From: a virus
Lineage: Duplodnaviria > Caudoviricetes
Strand: one strand, 5' to 3'
Length of the DNA: 52,732 nt
IMG/VR virus record: IMGVR_UViG_3300042294_004185
Span: 1 to 52,732 of that record
Shown: positions 8,476 to 18,352 of the stretch, piece by piece
Numbering within the stretch: the first letter of the stretch is position 1
Layout of the letters: each line of letters begins with the position of its first letter
The notes under the pieces: generated by a model
Seen by the model: only the letters and a program-made list of their open reading frames with translations
What the model was told of the DNA's origin: nothing
Databases searched by the model: none
Translations under genes and position numbers: made by a program

Positions 8476-9241
8476 TTTTCAATTCATTATAAACATTTTT
8501 TATACCTTGTTCTAAACCAATAAAATTCAATCCTAAATTTATAAATTCTCCATTAAAAGGTGGAGCCATATTCCATTCTTTTATATTAATATTTACTTTA
8601 TGGTCATCTAAATTATTAATAATTTTAGCAACATCATACAAAGTAGTAGAATAATTATAACTACAATTTATTTCTTTAGGTAAATTATTTGTTTTTATAC
8701 AATAATCCATTAATGTAATTAAATCTTCCATATAGAAAAAATCCATATATTTATTTTGAAAAATTTCTATATCTTTTTTAGTAATATAATTACGAATATT
8801 AGTTTTAACAAACTTAGATTCTAATTCATTTTCATTAAATACGGCAAATATTCTTATATTATAAAAATTATCCTTATTTTGTATTGATTCATTTATTACT
8901 TTTTTACTTAATCCATAAAATGTATCTTGTTTTTCAGCCCCTGAGCCGAAATAGAAAAGTCTATTAAAGTGGTCTTTACATTCTAATAAATTATAATACA
9001 TTTTTAAATTATTATCTAAAGTAGTAGAAGTTTCAGGTTCTAATCGAAGTCCTCCTTCTACAGCACAATGTATAATAACATCAAAGTGTTTATCTTTTAA
9101 ATATTCTTTAACATTTTGTAGATTTGTTACATCTAATTCTTTACGAGAAGCACATGTGATATTATAATTAGTTTTTAAAGCGTTATATAATGATTTGCCT
9201 ATATAACCATTAGCTCCAGTAATTAAAATTCTTGTATCCAT
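8465..9241 (-). CDS. NAD-dependent epimerase/dehydratase (extended SDR)
   Basis: ILITGANGYIG Rossmann motif; YGLSK catalytic YxxxK. Confidence 0.9.
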   Translation of the reverse strand: MDTRILITGANGYIGKSLYNALKTNYNITCASRKELDVTNLQNVKEYLKDKHFDVIIHCAVEGGLRLEPETSTTLDNNLKMYYNLLECKDHFNRLFYFGSGAEKQDTFYGLSKKVINESIQNKDNFYNIRIFAVFNENELESKFVKTNIRNYITKKDIEIFQNKYMDFFYMEDLITLMDYCIKTNNLPKEINCSYNYSTTLYDVAKIINNLDDHKVNINIKEWNMAPPFNGEFINLGLNFIGLEQGIKNVYNELKNEY

Positions 9242-10962
9242 TGTATATTATTTAATCCTCCAGGTATAAAATTTTTATTTTTATCTAAAACAGGTATTAC
9301 TCTAGGTTCATGAGATTCATTTTCATCTGTAAAAATTTCTAATACAGATGGTTTGTTATTTTTCAGAAATTTTTCTAGTACAGAATCTATTTCATCATGA
9401 TTTTTTATACTAAAATAAGGTAAATCATATGCTTTAACTAATTTCTTAAAATTTGGAAAAGTAACCCCACTACTTTCTTCAGAAGCTACGTATTTACCTT
9501 TAAATAAAAACTTTTGAGTTAATTTAATAGATAAATAACCGTTATTATTTAAAATAATTAATTTAATAGGTAAATTATTATGTTTCATGGTTTGTAATTC
9601 ATGAATATTTAAATGTAAACTACCATCACCTTCTAAACAAATTACTCTAGTATTATTACTACTTGCTCCTATTGCTGCTGGAAGTCCATACCCCATAGGG
9701 GCACAACCTGTATTTGTAATTAGTCTTTGGTTTCCTTTTAATTTTAAAACCTGCATAGTAACCACATTTGCTGAGCCGTCACTAGTAATAATGTGATCTT
9801 TTTCTGTTAAATGATTATTCAGTTTTTCAATAAAATGATAATTACTAACAGTATTAATTTTATTTCTATGTTTATCTAATACAGTAATATTATTTAGAAA
9901 TTTATTTTGAACATATGTTTGCCAATCTGTTGATGTTAAATTTAAAGATTGTTGATTTAATTTATTTAATAAAATTTTAGCATCCGTAGTTACTTTATAA
10001 TCAGGAAATAAAGATGGTTTATTTAATTCATTTGAATCTATATCTGTGTATATTTTATAAGCATTTTGTGCAAAGGATTTAAAATTATAACCTGTTTGTC
10101 TAATATATAATCTTGAACCTATTGTTAAAAGAAAATCACATTCATCTAATAAATTATTAGCACATATTTGAGCATGAGTCCCAAATCGTCCAGCATAATT
10201 TATGTAATCTTCGTTTATTATATCATTTCCATTTACGGCTGTAATAACAGGAACATTAGTTTTATTTAAAAATTCTTTTAGTTCATCAATACCACCACTT
10301 AATCTAACTCCATTACCTACAATGATTAAGGGCTTTTTTGAGTTATTAAATTTTTCTACTATATGGTTAATTTCTTCATTTGTTGGTTTTGGTGTATTAT
10401 CTTCAGGAATAAATGATTCTAGTTCTTCTGGGTTGATGTCAAAAGATTGAGTATTCAAAGGTAAATCTAACCATACAGGGCCTGGTCTACCACTTGTAGC
10501 TTCAAAACATGCTTTTTCTAAATGATATCTAATAGTTTTAGGATCATTTACTTGAACAGCATATTTAGTCATATTTTTTACTGAATCTATTATATTAAAT
10601 TCTTGGTCTCCTAATTGTCTTAATGGAAGATTTGTATAATTAGTAGTCATTTCTTTGTTTACTTGACCACTAATAACAATCATAGGAATAGAATCTAACC
10701 AACTACATAATACACCAGTTAATGTGTTTGTTCCTCCGGGACCACTAGTTACAATACAACAACCCATTTTATCATGCATTCTAGCATAACCTTCAGCAGC
10801 CATAGCAGAAGCTTGTTCGTGATGATTAGCTATGTACTTTATATTTTCAACAGTTCCTAAAGAATCCATTAAAAAAATACATCCACCTCCAGATAAAGTA
10901 AAAAAAGTATCTACTTTATATGAATCTCTTAAAAACTGTATTACATAGTCTGATAATCTCAT
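9223..10962 (-). CDS. Thiamine-diphosphate-dependent enzyme, acetolactate-synthase-like (YerE-like)
   Basis: HHEQASAMAAEGYAR, TSGPGGTN, MGYGLPAAIGA, GDGS...NN ThDP motif. Confidence 0.9.
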   Translation of the reverse strand: MRLSDYVIQFLRDSYKVDTFFTLSGGGCIFLMDSLGTVENIKYIANHHEQASAMAAEGYARMHDKMGCCIVTSGPGGTNTLTGVLCSWLDSIPMIVISGQVNKEMTTNYTNLPLRQLGDQEFNIIDSVKNMTKYAVQVNDPKTIRYHLEKACFEATSGRPGPVWLDLPLNTQSFDINPEELESFIPEDNTPKPTNEEINHIVEKFNNSKKPLIIVGNGVRLSGGIDELKEFLNKTNVPVITAVNGNDIINEDYINYAGRFGTHAQICANNLLDECDFLLTIGSRLYIRQTGYNFKSFAQNAYKIYTDIDSNELNKPSLFPDYKVTTDAKILLNKLNQQSLNLTSTDWQTYVQNKFLNNITVLDKHRNKINTVSNYHFIEKLNNHLTEKDHIITSDGSANVVTMQVLKLKGNQRLITNTGCAPMGYGLPAAIGASSNNTRVICLEGDGSLHLNIHELQTMKHNNLPIKLIILNNNGYLSIKLTQKFLFKGKYVASEESSGVTFPNFKKLVKAYDLPYFSIKNHDEIDSVLEKFLKNNKPSVLEIFTDENESHEPRVIPVLDKNKNFIPGGLNNIQWIQEF

Positions 10963-11965
10963 TTTCTTCTAATCTAATTGTATTGAATATAATATTTTTA
11001 TCTGGGAAAACCAAGTTTATTTGGCCAGTGTTTTTCTTATCTGATTTAATTGTTTTTATAATGTTTTCAATATTAAACCATTTTTTATCTATATTAATAT
11101 GTTCAATTAATGATAAACCTATTTTATTAATAATGGTATAGTCTAAATTTGTTTCTATATTTAATTCTTTAAGTATATCATTTATAATTAAAATACCTAA
11201 TATCACTGCTGAACCATGAGGGAGTTTATAATTGGATGTAATTTCTAATGCATGACCAAAGGTATGTCCATAATTTAATAATTTTCTTAAACCTTGATCA
11301 AATTCATCTATTTCAATTATTGATATCTTATACTCTAAACATTCTCTAATTAATTGATTTAAATTTTCTTTAGAAAAAATATTTTTATTTAATTTATTTT
11401 GTAATATTTTAAATTTAAATACTTCTCCTAAACCACTTTTAAAATCTTCTTCACTTAAGGTTTGTAAAAATTTATCACAAATTAATATTTCTGTTGGAGG
11501 ATAAAATGTACCTAAGATATTTTTTATAGAACTAAAATTAATAGATGTTTTTCCCCCAACACAACTATCACATTGAGATAATAAGGTAGTAGGCACAAAT
11601 TTGTATTTAATACCTCTACTATAGATACTACAACAAAAACCAGCTACATCTTGTAAAGTACCTCCCCCAATAATAACAACTTCTGTATTAGATTTAAATT
11701 GGTTTTGAGTAAAGGTTTTTAATAATATTTCAATATGGTCAAAAGATTTTGTAGTTTCATTACATTCATAAAATATTTTATTAGATAAAGAATTAAAATC
11801 GTAATATTTTTCTAAATTTTTATCTATAATAAACCAACTTTGTTTATTTAAATTATTTAATAAATCTTCTATAGTATTATGAAAAGTTACTTTATAATTA
11901 TTTAAATTAGATTTAACTTTTAGAGGTACAAGAGTACCCTCCGTCAATTGTAATGTTTTGTCCAT
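10916..11965 (-). CDS. 3-dehydroquinate synthase-like sugar-phosphate cyclase
   Basis: GGGTLQDVAGF, PTTLLSQCDSCVGGKTSIN, LNYGHTFGHALE, HGSAV; start codon uncertain because of overlaps. Confidence 0.85.
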   Translation of the reverse strand: MDKTLQLTEGTLVPLKVKSNLNNYKVTFHNTIEDLLNNLNKQSWFIIDKNLEKYYDFNSLSNKIFYECNETTKSFDHIEILLKTFTQNQFKSNTEVVIIGGGTLQDVAGFCCSIYSRGIKYKFVPTTLLSQCDSCVGGKTSINFSSIKNILGTFYPPTEILICDKFLQTLSEEDFKSGLGEVFKFKILQNKLNKNIFSKENLNQLIRECLEYKISIIEIDEFDQGLRKLLNYGHTFGHALEITSNYKLPHGSAVILGILIINDILKELNIETNLDYTIINKIGLSLIEHINIDKKWFNIENIIKTIKSDKKNTGQINLVFPDKNIIFNTIRLEENEIIRLCNTVFKRFI

Positions 11966-12575
11966 TTATGTAAGTATTTTCAATTGTTAAAAAATAAACT
12001 AGTTTAGATATTTCATCAATATTACCTAGTCTTTTTAATGGAATTTGGTTTTTTATATTTTCTAAATCTTCTTTAGTATTATTTTGAAGAGTTAAATCTG
12101 TTAAAATATAACCTGGAGAGATAGTGTTGCATAATATATTATGTTCTGAGAATTCACTTACTATGGTTTTAGTAAGACTATGAAGAGCATTTTTACTGGC
12201 ACTATAACTACCTCTAAGGTTTTTAGCATAATCAATCCATATACTTCCTATATTAACAATTCGTCCATATTTTTTATTCTTTAATAAAGGTAAAAAATGT
12301 TGACAAATAATAAAAGGAGATAAATAATTAATGTTTAAAGTCTTATTTAAATTTTCTATAGTTTCATTTTCTATACTGTTCAAATAATTTACTCCAGCAT
12401 TATTTATAATAACATCTACATCTTTTATTGTTGTTAAATAAGATTTAACATGTTCTAAATTTGATAAATCCATTTCTTTTTTTGAAGGTGAGAGTACAAC
12501 ATGACCCTGTTTTTCAAAAAAATCTTTTATACCTTTACCAATTCCTCTTGAACCTCCTGTTAATAATACAATCAT
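11913..12575 (-). CDS. Short-chain dehydrogenase/reductase (FabG-like)
   Basis: TGGSRGIG, NNAG, YSASK, ITIDGG. Confidence 0.9.
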   Translation of the reverse strand: MIVLLTGGSRGIGKGIKDFFEKQGHVVLSPSKKEMDLSNLEHVKSYLTTIKDVDVIINNAGVNYLNSIENETIENLNKTLNINYLSPFIICQHFLPLLKNKKYGRIVNIGSIWIDYAKNLRGSYSASKNALHSLTKTIVSEFSEHNILCNTISPGYILTDLTLQNNTKEDLENIKNQIPLKRLGNIDEISKLVYFLTIENTYINGQNITIDGGYSCTSKS

Positions 12576-13372
12576 TATATATCTGCAGACTGATTAATTC
12601 TGTCTTGGATCATTTGAATACGTTTATTCTCTTTATCAGCTTGAAATTGATATGTTTCTTTTTTATTAACTAACCATTCATATTCAAACATTTGTCCTTT
12701 AGCTAAAGCTTTACTTAAGTTTTTTAGTGCTTTAGAAGGATCATAAATAGCATATCTAGTTTCAAATTTATCTAAAAGACCCTCTTTATAAAGTTCTTTT
12801 AAAAAACTATAAGAATCAGTAGTAATAGCTCCTCCTAAATTAGCAGTTAATCCTATTTGTTTTGCTTTTGTAAAAATATCTTTTGTCATTTTTAACATTT
12901 CAGGAGAATTAACATATTTTCTATCCTTACCCATAGATGAAACAAAATCAACTCTTCCTACTGTAACAGCATATAAATCTTTACTTTCTTTTACATTTAA
13001 TATTTCATCAATATTTTTATATGATTGAATAGTTTCAATATTAACAATTAATTCTAAGGACTCAACTATATCAGGAGATAAATTAGTATGGACACAGTTA
13101 ATAAATTTAGTTAATCCAAATCCAGATTCAACCATAGGTGCTACTAAACCTTTAACTCCAATAACTGATGAATCTTGAATATCTCTTGATGCTTCTGGTC
13201 CTCCTATTTTTAGAGTTAGTTTTGTTTTTGCTTGGTTACAGATTTCTTTTAACCTAAGAACTTCATTAAAAGTAGCTCCTTCATCTTCGAAACTGGTTTT
13301 GATTCCTATTAAACCATGGTTTTCTACCATGTCTGTTAAAATAGAAACGCATTTAAATTCTCTTGTATTCAT
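12575..13372 (-). CDS. HpcH/HpaI aldolase / citrate lyase family protein
   Basis: KIGGPEA, LVAPMVES, VNIET, VGRVD motifs. Confidence 0.75.
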   Translation of the reverse strand: MNTREFKCVSILTDMVENHGLIGIKTSFEDEGATFNEVLRLKEICNQAKTKLTLKIGGPEASRDIQDSSVIGVKGLVAPMVESGFGLTKFINCVHTNLSPDIVESLELIVNIETIQSYKNIDEILNVKESKDLYAVTVGRVDFVSSMGKDRKYVNSPEMLKMTKDIFTKAKQIGLTANLGGAITTDSYSFLKELYKEGLLDKFETRYAIYDPSKALKNLSKALAKGQMFEYEWLVNKKETYQFQADKENKRIQMIQDRINQSADI

Positions 13373-13378
13373 ATTAAA

Positions 13379-14041
13379 TTATTTTTTATGTATAATAATA
13401 GTTTTATAAGCATTTTGAATATCCGGATGTACATCTATTTGAGATATATTATCTTCTAGATATTTTTTTTCTTGTTCTGTTAAAAATTCTGAATCTGCTA
13501 TTTTTTGTTCTTTTAGTTTTGTAATAAAATCAAAAGTTTCATCGTTTCTAATACAACAACAAGGTAAATCTCTTTCAGTTACATCTTCTAATATATAAAA
13601 ACCTTTTGATTTCACATATTTAAATAAATGTCCTAAAGAAATTATTTGATGATTATGTTGATGAGAACCATCTTCTAATATAAAATCAAAATCCTTAGAA
13701 CCAAATTCATAATACATGTTAGTTAAATCCTCTCTAGAACTTTGATCTCCCTTATAAAATTTTACTCTTTCTCCCAATTCTGTTTCTAGTTCTTTCATAT
13801 CTACTATATCAAAAGTATGTATAAAAGCTTTTGAAAAATAATCATGCCACATCCTAACAGAATGTCCTCCTGTAGTACCTTCCATGCATATTCCTACTTC
13901 TAATAATCTAATAGATTCATTTCTCCACCTTGATAAGTAACTATCATATATAGGAGTATATCCATGTTTACTACTTTTTGGATATTGTGTGCCTTTATCT
14001 GTATTATAATAATTAGCTAATTCATCTAAAGTTTTTTCCAT
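13379..14041 (-). CDS. Class I SAM-dependent methyltransferase (MycE/TylE sugar O-methyltransferase-like)
   Basis: TDKG, LLEVGI, GDQS, FDFILEDGSH. Confidence 0.8.
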   Translation of the reverse strand: MEKTLDELANYYNTDKGTQYPKSSKHGYTPIYDSYLSRWRNESIRLLEVGICMEGTTGGHSVRMWHDYFSKAFIHTFDIVDMKELETELGERVKFYKGDQSSREDLTNMYYEFGSKDFDFILEDGSHQHNHQIISLGHLFKYVKSKGFYILEDVTERDLPCCCIRNDETFDFITKLKEQKIADSEFLTEQEKKYLEDNISQIDVHPDIQNAYKTIIIHKK

Positions 14042-14044
14042 ACT

Positions 14045-15187
14045 TTATTTACTAAAAAATTCTTTGATTTTATCACAAACGTAATCTACATCCTCAACAG
14101 TCATACCATGATGAGCACCTAACAAGAATCCATTTTTCATAATAGTATCTGAGTTTTTAAATTCTTGTAGGTACTCTCTATATACTGGATGACGAGTAAC
14201 ATTACCAGCGAATGTAACACGGGTCTGCACGTTGTTGTTTTCTAAAAAGTTTAGCAATTCATAACGTTTTTCAGTTTGTAAAGGAATAGCTAACCAGTTT
14301 GGTTGAATTGAATCATCAGGTAAAATTAAATCACCTACACCTTTAAGATTTTCAATATAACGTTCAATGTTTTCTCTTCTAATTTGTGAGAATTTTTCAA
14401 AACGGTGTAATTGAACTAATCCAAAAGCAGCATTCATTTCACAAGCTTTCATATGATATCCTAATACAGAATATAAAAACTTATGGTCATAAGGAATACC
14501 GTCTACAATGTGATTAAAACGATCATCCATAATTTCCGAATCATCACCCAAACGACCCCAGTCTCTGTATTGTAGACACTTAGTAACGTGTTTTTTATCA
14601 TTAAACATTACCATACCACCAACACCACCTGCTGTAATAACGTGTGAAGCATAAAAACTAGTTGTTGCTACATCGCTTTCAGGAGTTTCAGTAATTGTGT
14701 CAGCTGAATCTTCAATCAAAATAATATCTGTTCTGCCTAACAATTTAATTTCTTGCTTCAATTTAGCCCAATTTGGTTTATTACCAATCAAATTAGGTAA
14801 CATAATAGCTTTTACATCAGGAGTAATTGCTGCTACTACTTGGTCAATATCAGCTACATAGTCATTTAATCCTACATCTACAAATTTAGGTTTATAACCT
14901 AATTGAATAATAGGAGCTAATGTAGTTGAGAATGTACAAGCAGGAGTAATAATTTTACATCCTTTAGGTAGATCCAAAGAAGCAATAGCTAACAAACAAG
15001 CTGATGAACCTGAATTAACAAATACACCAAACTTTTTACCAAAACGTTTAGCAATTTTTTCTTCAAATTCAACTGATTTAGGACCTTGTCCACCTAACCA
15101 TCCTGAGCGTAGTGATTCTTCTACAGCTTTAATTTCTTCTTCGCCATAAGATTCAAACTTATAAGGGGCGTACCATATTTTTTTCAT
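14045..15187 (-). CDS. DegT/DnrJ family PLP enzyme, NDP-4-keto-6-deoxyhexose 3-dehydrase type (RfbH/ColD-like)
   Basis: FVNSGSSA, IEDSAD, SFYASHVIT with His at the aminotransferase Lys position. Confidence 0.85.
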   Translation of the reverse strand: MKKIWYAPYKFESYGEEEIKAVEESLRSGWLGGQGPKSVEFEEKIAKRFGKKFGVFVNSGSSACLLAIASLDLPKGCKIITPACTFSTTLAPIIQLGYKPKFVDVGLNDYVADIDQVVAAITPDVKAIMLPNLIGNKPNWAKLKQEIKLLGRTDIILIEDSADTITETPESDVATTSFYASHVITAGGVGGMVMFNDKKHVTKCLQYRDWGRLGDDSEIMDDRFNHIVDGIPYDHKFLYSVLGYHMKACEMNAAFGLVQLHRFEKFSQIRRENIERYIENLKGVGDLILPDDSIQPNWLAIPLQTEKRYELLNFLENNNVQTRVTFAGNVTRHPVYREYLQEFKNSDTIMKNGFLLGAHHGMTVEDVDYVCDKIKEFFSK

Positions 15188-15996
15188 ATTAATTTATTGT
15201 GTTTAAAAATTTGTGTGATTGTGTTTACTATATTTTGCTCGTAATTTACATACTCTAAAGCCAATTTCCAATTTTTATTAATTATTTCTTTTCGATTTTC
15301 GTAATAACTTTCATTTAGTTGATTAGTTATATAAATTAAATCATCTATGTTATTAAATGTTATAATACCGTCTATATCAAAGTAATCTCCTATATTTGAA
15401 CAACCCCAATAAATTGGAATTGTCTTTAATAAAAAACAATCTAATATTTTTTCAGTAAAATAACCTCTATGAGATGTATTTTCAATTACTATTCCAAACT
15501 GAGAATCTCCAAATATAAATTTTTTACCTAAACGAGCATCTTCAATATTATTTCTATCTCCATATGTTTCATAAAACTTAAGAGGAATACTAAATTCATT
15601 TTGTCTTGCTAAAGCTTCATGTCTTAAAGAATGACCATATGTTTTTAATAATTTACCACATAAATGAGATAATTGAAACTTTTTATCATGTTCTTTATTG
15701 TATTGATCGGGTTGTAACCAAGTATGTCCAAAAGGTTGATAAACAGCATTATCACAATTATTTAGTACTTTATCACTTTGTGTTAAAATAATATTAAATA
15801 ATTCTTTATTTTGAATAGTCCAATCATGTAAACCAAAATATTCATTTGGTTCCTGAAATGATATAATGTTTATATCTGATAATTCATCTTGTGATTGGGG
15901 TGGAGTTTCTACAAATAAAGAAAAATCCAAATGAGATAAGTGTTGTAATTTATCTTTAAAAACTTGCTCATTAAAATGAGATACTTTTAATTTCAT
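15184..15996 (-). CDS. Glycosyltransferase family 10 (fucosyltransferase-like)
   Basis: FGIVIENTSHRGYFTEKILDCFLLKTIPIYWG GT10 signature. Confidence 0.85.
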   Translation of the reverse strand: MKLKVSHFNEQVFKDKLQHLSHLDFSLFVETPPQSQDELSDINIISFQEPNEYFGLHDWTIQNKELFNIILTQSDKVLNNCDNAVYQPFGHTWLQPDQYNKEHDKKFQLSHLCGKLLKTYGHSLRHEALARQNEFSIPLKFYETYGDRNNIEDARLGKKFIFGDSQFGIVIENTSHRGYFTEKILDCFLLKTIPIYWGCSNIGDYFDIDGIITFNNIDDLIYITNQLNESYYENRKEIINKNWKLALEYVNYEQNIVNTITQIFKHNKLI

Positions 15997-16625
15997 AACG
16001 TATTATAAAACTCGTTTTGTTTTTCTTGTCTTTCTATTGTTTTAGGGTGTAATAAACAAAATTCATCTTCAGCAGGTAAAACAGCATATTTTTTAAATCC
16101 ATCTAACCTTTCGTGTACCTTGTTTATCCATTTTATTGTTGGAATATTTTTATATATTCTCCATTGATAATCAGGAAAATTAATTCTATCACCTTCTACA
16201 TTCCATTTCCATTTCTGGATATGTTCCTCGGTGAGACCACTTACGGTATTAATCCGAGGAACTAAGTATACATCCACATCAGGATTGCTCTCTAAAATAC
16301 CTGGTAACATATTAAGTAAATCTGTATTAGGTAATTCATCAGCATCTATTTGGAAGATATATTCTCCAGAACAGTGTTTAATTAATTCATTTTTATAGGC
16401 AGCAAAATCTTTATTTAATGGATAAAAATGATGTTTAATACCCCTGTTTACTATTACACCAACAACTTCATTTGTACAATTATCTTTATCGATTTGAATA
16501 ATTATTTCATATTCAGGGTACAAAGCTCGTTCTTGGAGGTAATCCAATAGAGTTTCTAATTCTTTATGTTCATTACAAACTGTTATCGCTATGCTTATCA
16601 TCTTCGTCTTCTGGTAGGACTCCAA
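15993..16625 (-). CDS. Glycosyltransferase family 2
   Basis: ISIAITVCNE, DFAAYKN, YIFQIDADE, FPDYQWRI, VHE; true start probably the internal MISIAIT. Confidence 0.85.
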   Translation of the reverse strand: MESYQKTKMISIAITVCNEHKELETLLDYLQERALYPEYEIIIQIDKDNCTNEVVGVIVNRGIKHHFYPLNKDFAAYKNELIKHCSGEYIFQIDADELPNTDLLNMLPGILESNPDVDVYLVPRINTVSGLTEEHIQKWKWNVEGDRINFPDYQWRIYKNIPTIKWINKVHERLDGFKKYAVLPAEDEFCLLHPKTIERQEKQNEFYNTL

Positions 16626-17061
16626 TATACACTAAAGCTTCAATATAATCACGTTCAGGGAACATATAGAGAGTAGTCATATCCATTCTCCATTCATAGT
16701 ATTGTCCTTCTTTTCCTGGAATTGGATATTTGGTTTTTTCTTCTTCGGTTACAGGAACTGCTTTTACAGCTGCCCAGCCCCAATTATCTTTAGAAGCCCC
16801 ATTAGCAAATATCATTCCTTTTTCAGGAACATTTGTTGTTGATGGCATCCAAGTTAATCCATTTTCATCAACATAAAGCAAATCTTTATATAATTCAGGT
16901 AATACTTCAAGCTGTCTATTGTAAAATTCTTCTCCTTCTTTCATTAAAGAATTAGTCATAAAACCGCATCCATAACAAAAATACGTTTTAATGTCTTGAT
17001 TTACTTCTTCTACGTAGCAAGCATCTGAGCCGCAACGAGCACATGTTATTAAATTATCCAT
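16573..17061 (-). CDS. Hypothetical zinc-ribbon protein
   Basis: CARCGSDAC...CYGCGF. Confidence 0.6.
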   Translation of the reverse strand: MDNLITCARCGSDACYVEEVNQDIKTYFCYGCGFMTNSLMKEGEEFYNRQLEVLPELYKDLLYVDENGLTWMPSTTNVPEKGMIFANGASKDNWGWAAVKAVPVTEEEKTKYPIPGKEGQYYEWRMDMTTLYMFPERDYIEALVYIGVLPEDEDDKHSDNSL

Positions 17062-18352
17062 TTTGTTCTACTGTTTTAATTTTTGGTAACTCTATTTTTT
17101 TAAGTTTTGGTATTGTTAATTTTACTTCTTCTGGAAATTCTGGAATGTATTGAGTTAGATAATTACTTATTTTTTCTTGCATTTTATTCCAACTAAATTC
17201 ATTTTTACTTATAAAGGCTTGACGTTTAGCTTTATCAGTATAATTTTTATAATTTTCAAATACATCTTTTAAATAATGTCCTATTTCCATATGGTTTGGA
17301 CTTAACCAACTTGATTCTTTTAATAACCATTGGTTTGCAGAACTTGGATGTACAGGAGTTAATTGACCACCAATCAAATTTGTAAATTCAGCATTCAAGA
17401 AATCTAATTGACCTGACCAACCTGTAGTAATTAATGGCTTTTTGACTAAAGTAAATTCAAGTAATGGACGACCATAACCTTCTCCTTTAGTTAAATTAAT
17501 CATTGCTTTTACTTTAGAATGATTATAAAGTTCATTCATTTCAGCATCTGTAAATTCACCATGAAGTAAATAAATATTAGGTAAATTCTTTGATGGAATT
17601 GATTTCCTAATTTTATTAATTTTTTTAAGTATTTCTTCTCTATCAAGATAAGATGAACCTGCTCCTGATGTTTTTAAGATTAAAGCTGGTTTATTGGCTT
17701 TATTTTTAAAGGTTTCATAAAATGCTTTAATTAATAATCCAACATTTTTTCTATCCTCACCCATATCACCAGCCATCCAATGTCCTACAAACAAATAGGC
17801 AAATTTTTCTTTAATTTGAATATCTAATGAACAAGGAGTATCAATTACTTTATATGTATTTAAATCTGCTCCTTCAAATAATACTTCAACTGGTTTTTTA
17901 AGTTCAATAATTCCTAATAATTGATTTGAATTAGGATCTCTTTTTTCAAATTTTGATTCTTCAAATACTTTTTTAGAATGATTTGATGAAACAAAGTTTA
18001 AATCCATTCTATTCAATCCTTCAATCCAATCACCAGCACATAAAGTAGTTTCAATACCTGCTGTAAATCCAATATTGTATTTTCCTACTGGTTGGAATTC
18101 ATTTGGGATTGTTACTTGGGCCCAAATTTGAGGTTGAAATGTTAATTGATTATTAGGTACAACTAAACTATATAGAAAATTCCATTCAGGATTATCACTA
18201 CAAAATCCAAAAGGACAAGCTCCCCAACGTTGGGATAATAGTTTAACGTCGTATTTATCTGTTTCAATAATGGCTTTAATTAAATCTCTTGAACGAGCAC
18301 CGTAGCCACTGTAGGTATCAAAAGGGCAACTTATAACAAATGTTGGTTTCAT
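17054..18352 (-). CDS. GT-B fold glycosyltransferase (GT4-like)
   Basis: SGYG N-terminal motif, RKNV, KGEGYGRPLLE, TGWSGQLDF. Confidence 0.85.
   Translation of the reverse strand: MKPTFVISCPFDTYSGYGARSRDLIKAIIETDKYDVKLLSQRWGACPFGFCSDNPEWNFLYSLVVPNNQLTFQPQIWAQVTIPNEFQPVGKYNIGFTAGIETTLCAGDWIEGLNRMDLNFVSSNHSKKVFEESKFEKRDPNSNQLLGIIELKKPVEVLFEGADLNTYKVIDTPCSLDIQIKEKFAYLFVGHWMAGDMGEDRKNVGLLIKAFYETFKNKANKPALILKTSGAGSSYLDREEILKKINKIRKSIPSKNLPNIYLLHGEFTDAEMNELYNHSKVKAMINLTKGEGYGRPLLEFTLVKKPLITTGWSGQLDFLNAEFTNLIGGQLTPVHPSSANQWLLKESSWLSPNHMEIGHYLKDVFENYKNYTDKAKRQAFISKNEFSWNKMQEKISNYLTQYIPEFPEEVKLTIPKLKKIELPKIKTVEQNG

Noticed and set aside
9223-11965. ilvB and aroB as amino-acid biosynthesis auxiliary genes
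   Set aside because: No other ilv or aro genes; embedding among NDP-sugar enzymes favours glycan chemistry, so no gene symbols were assigned.
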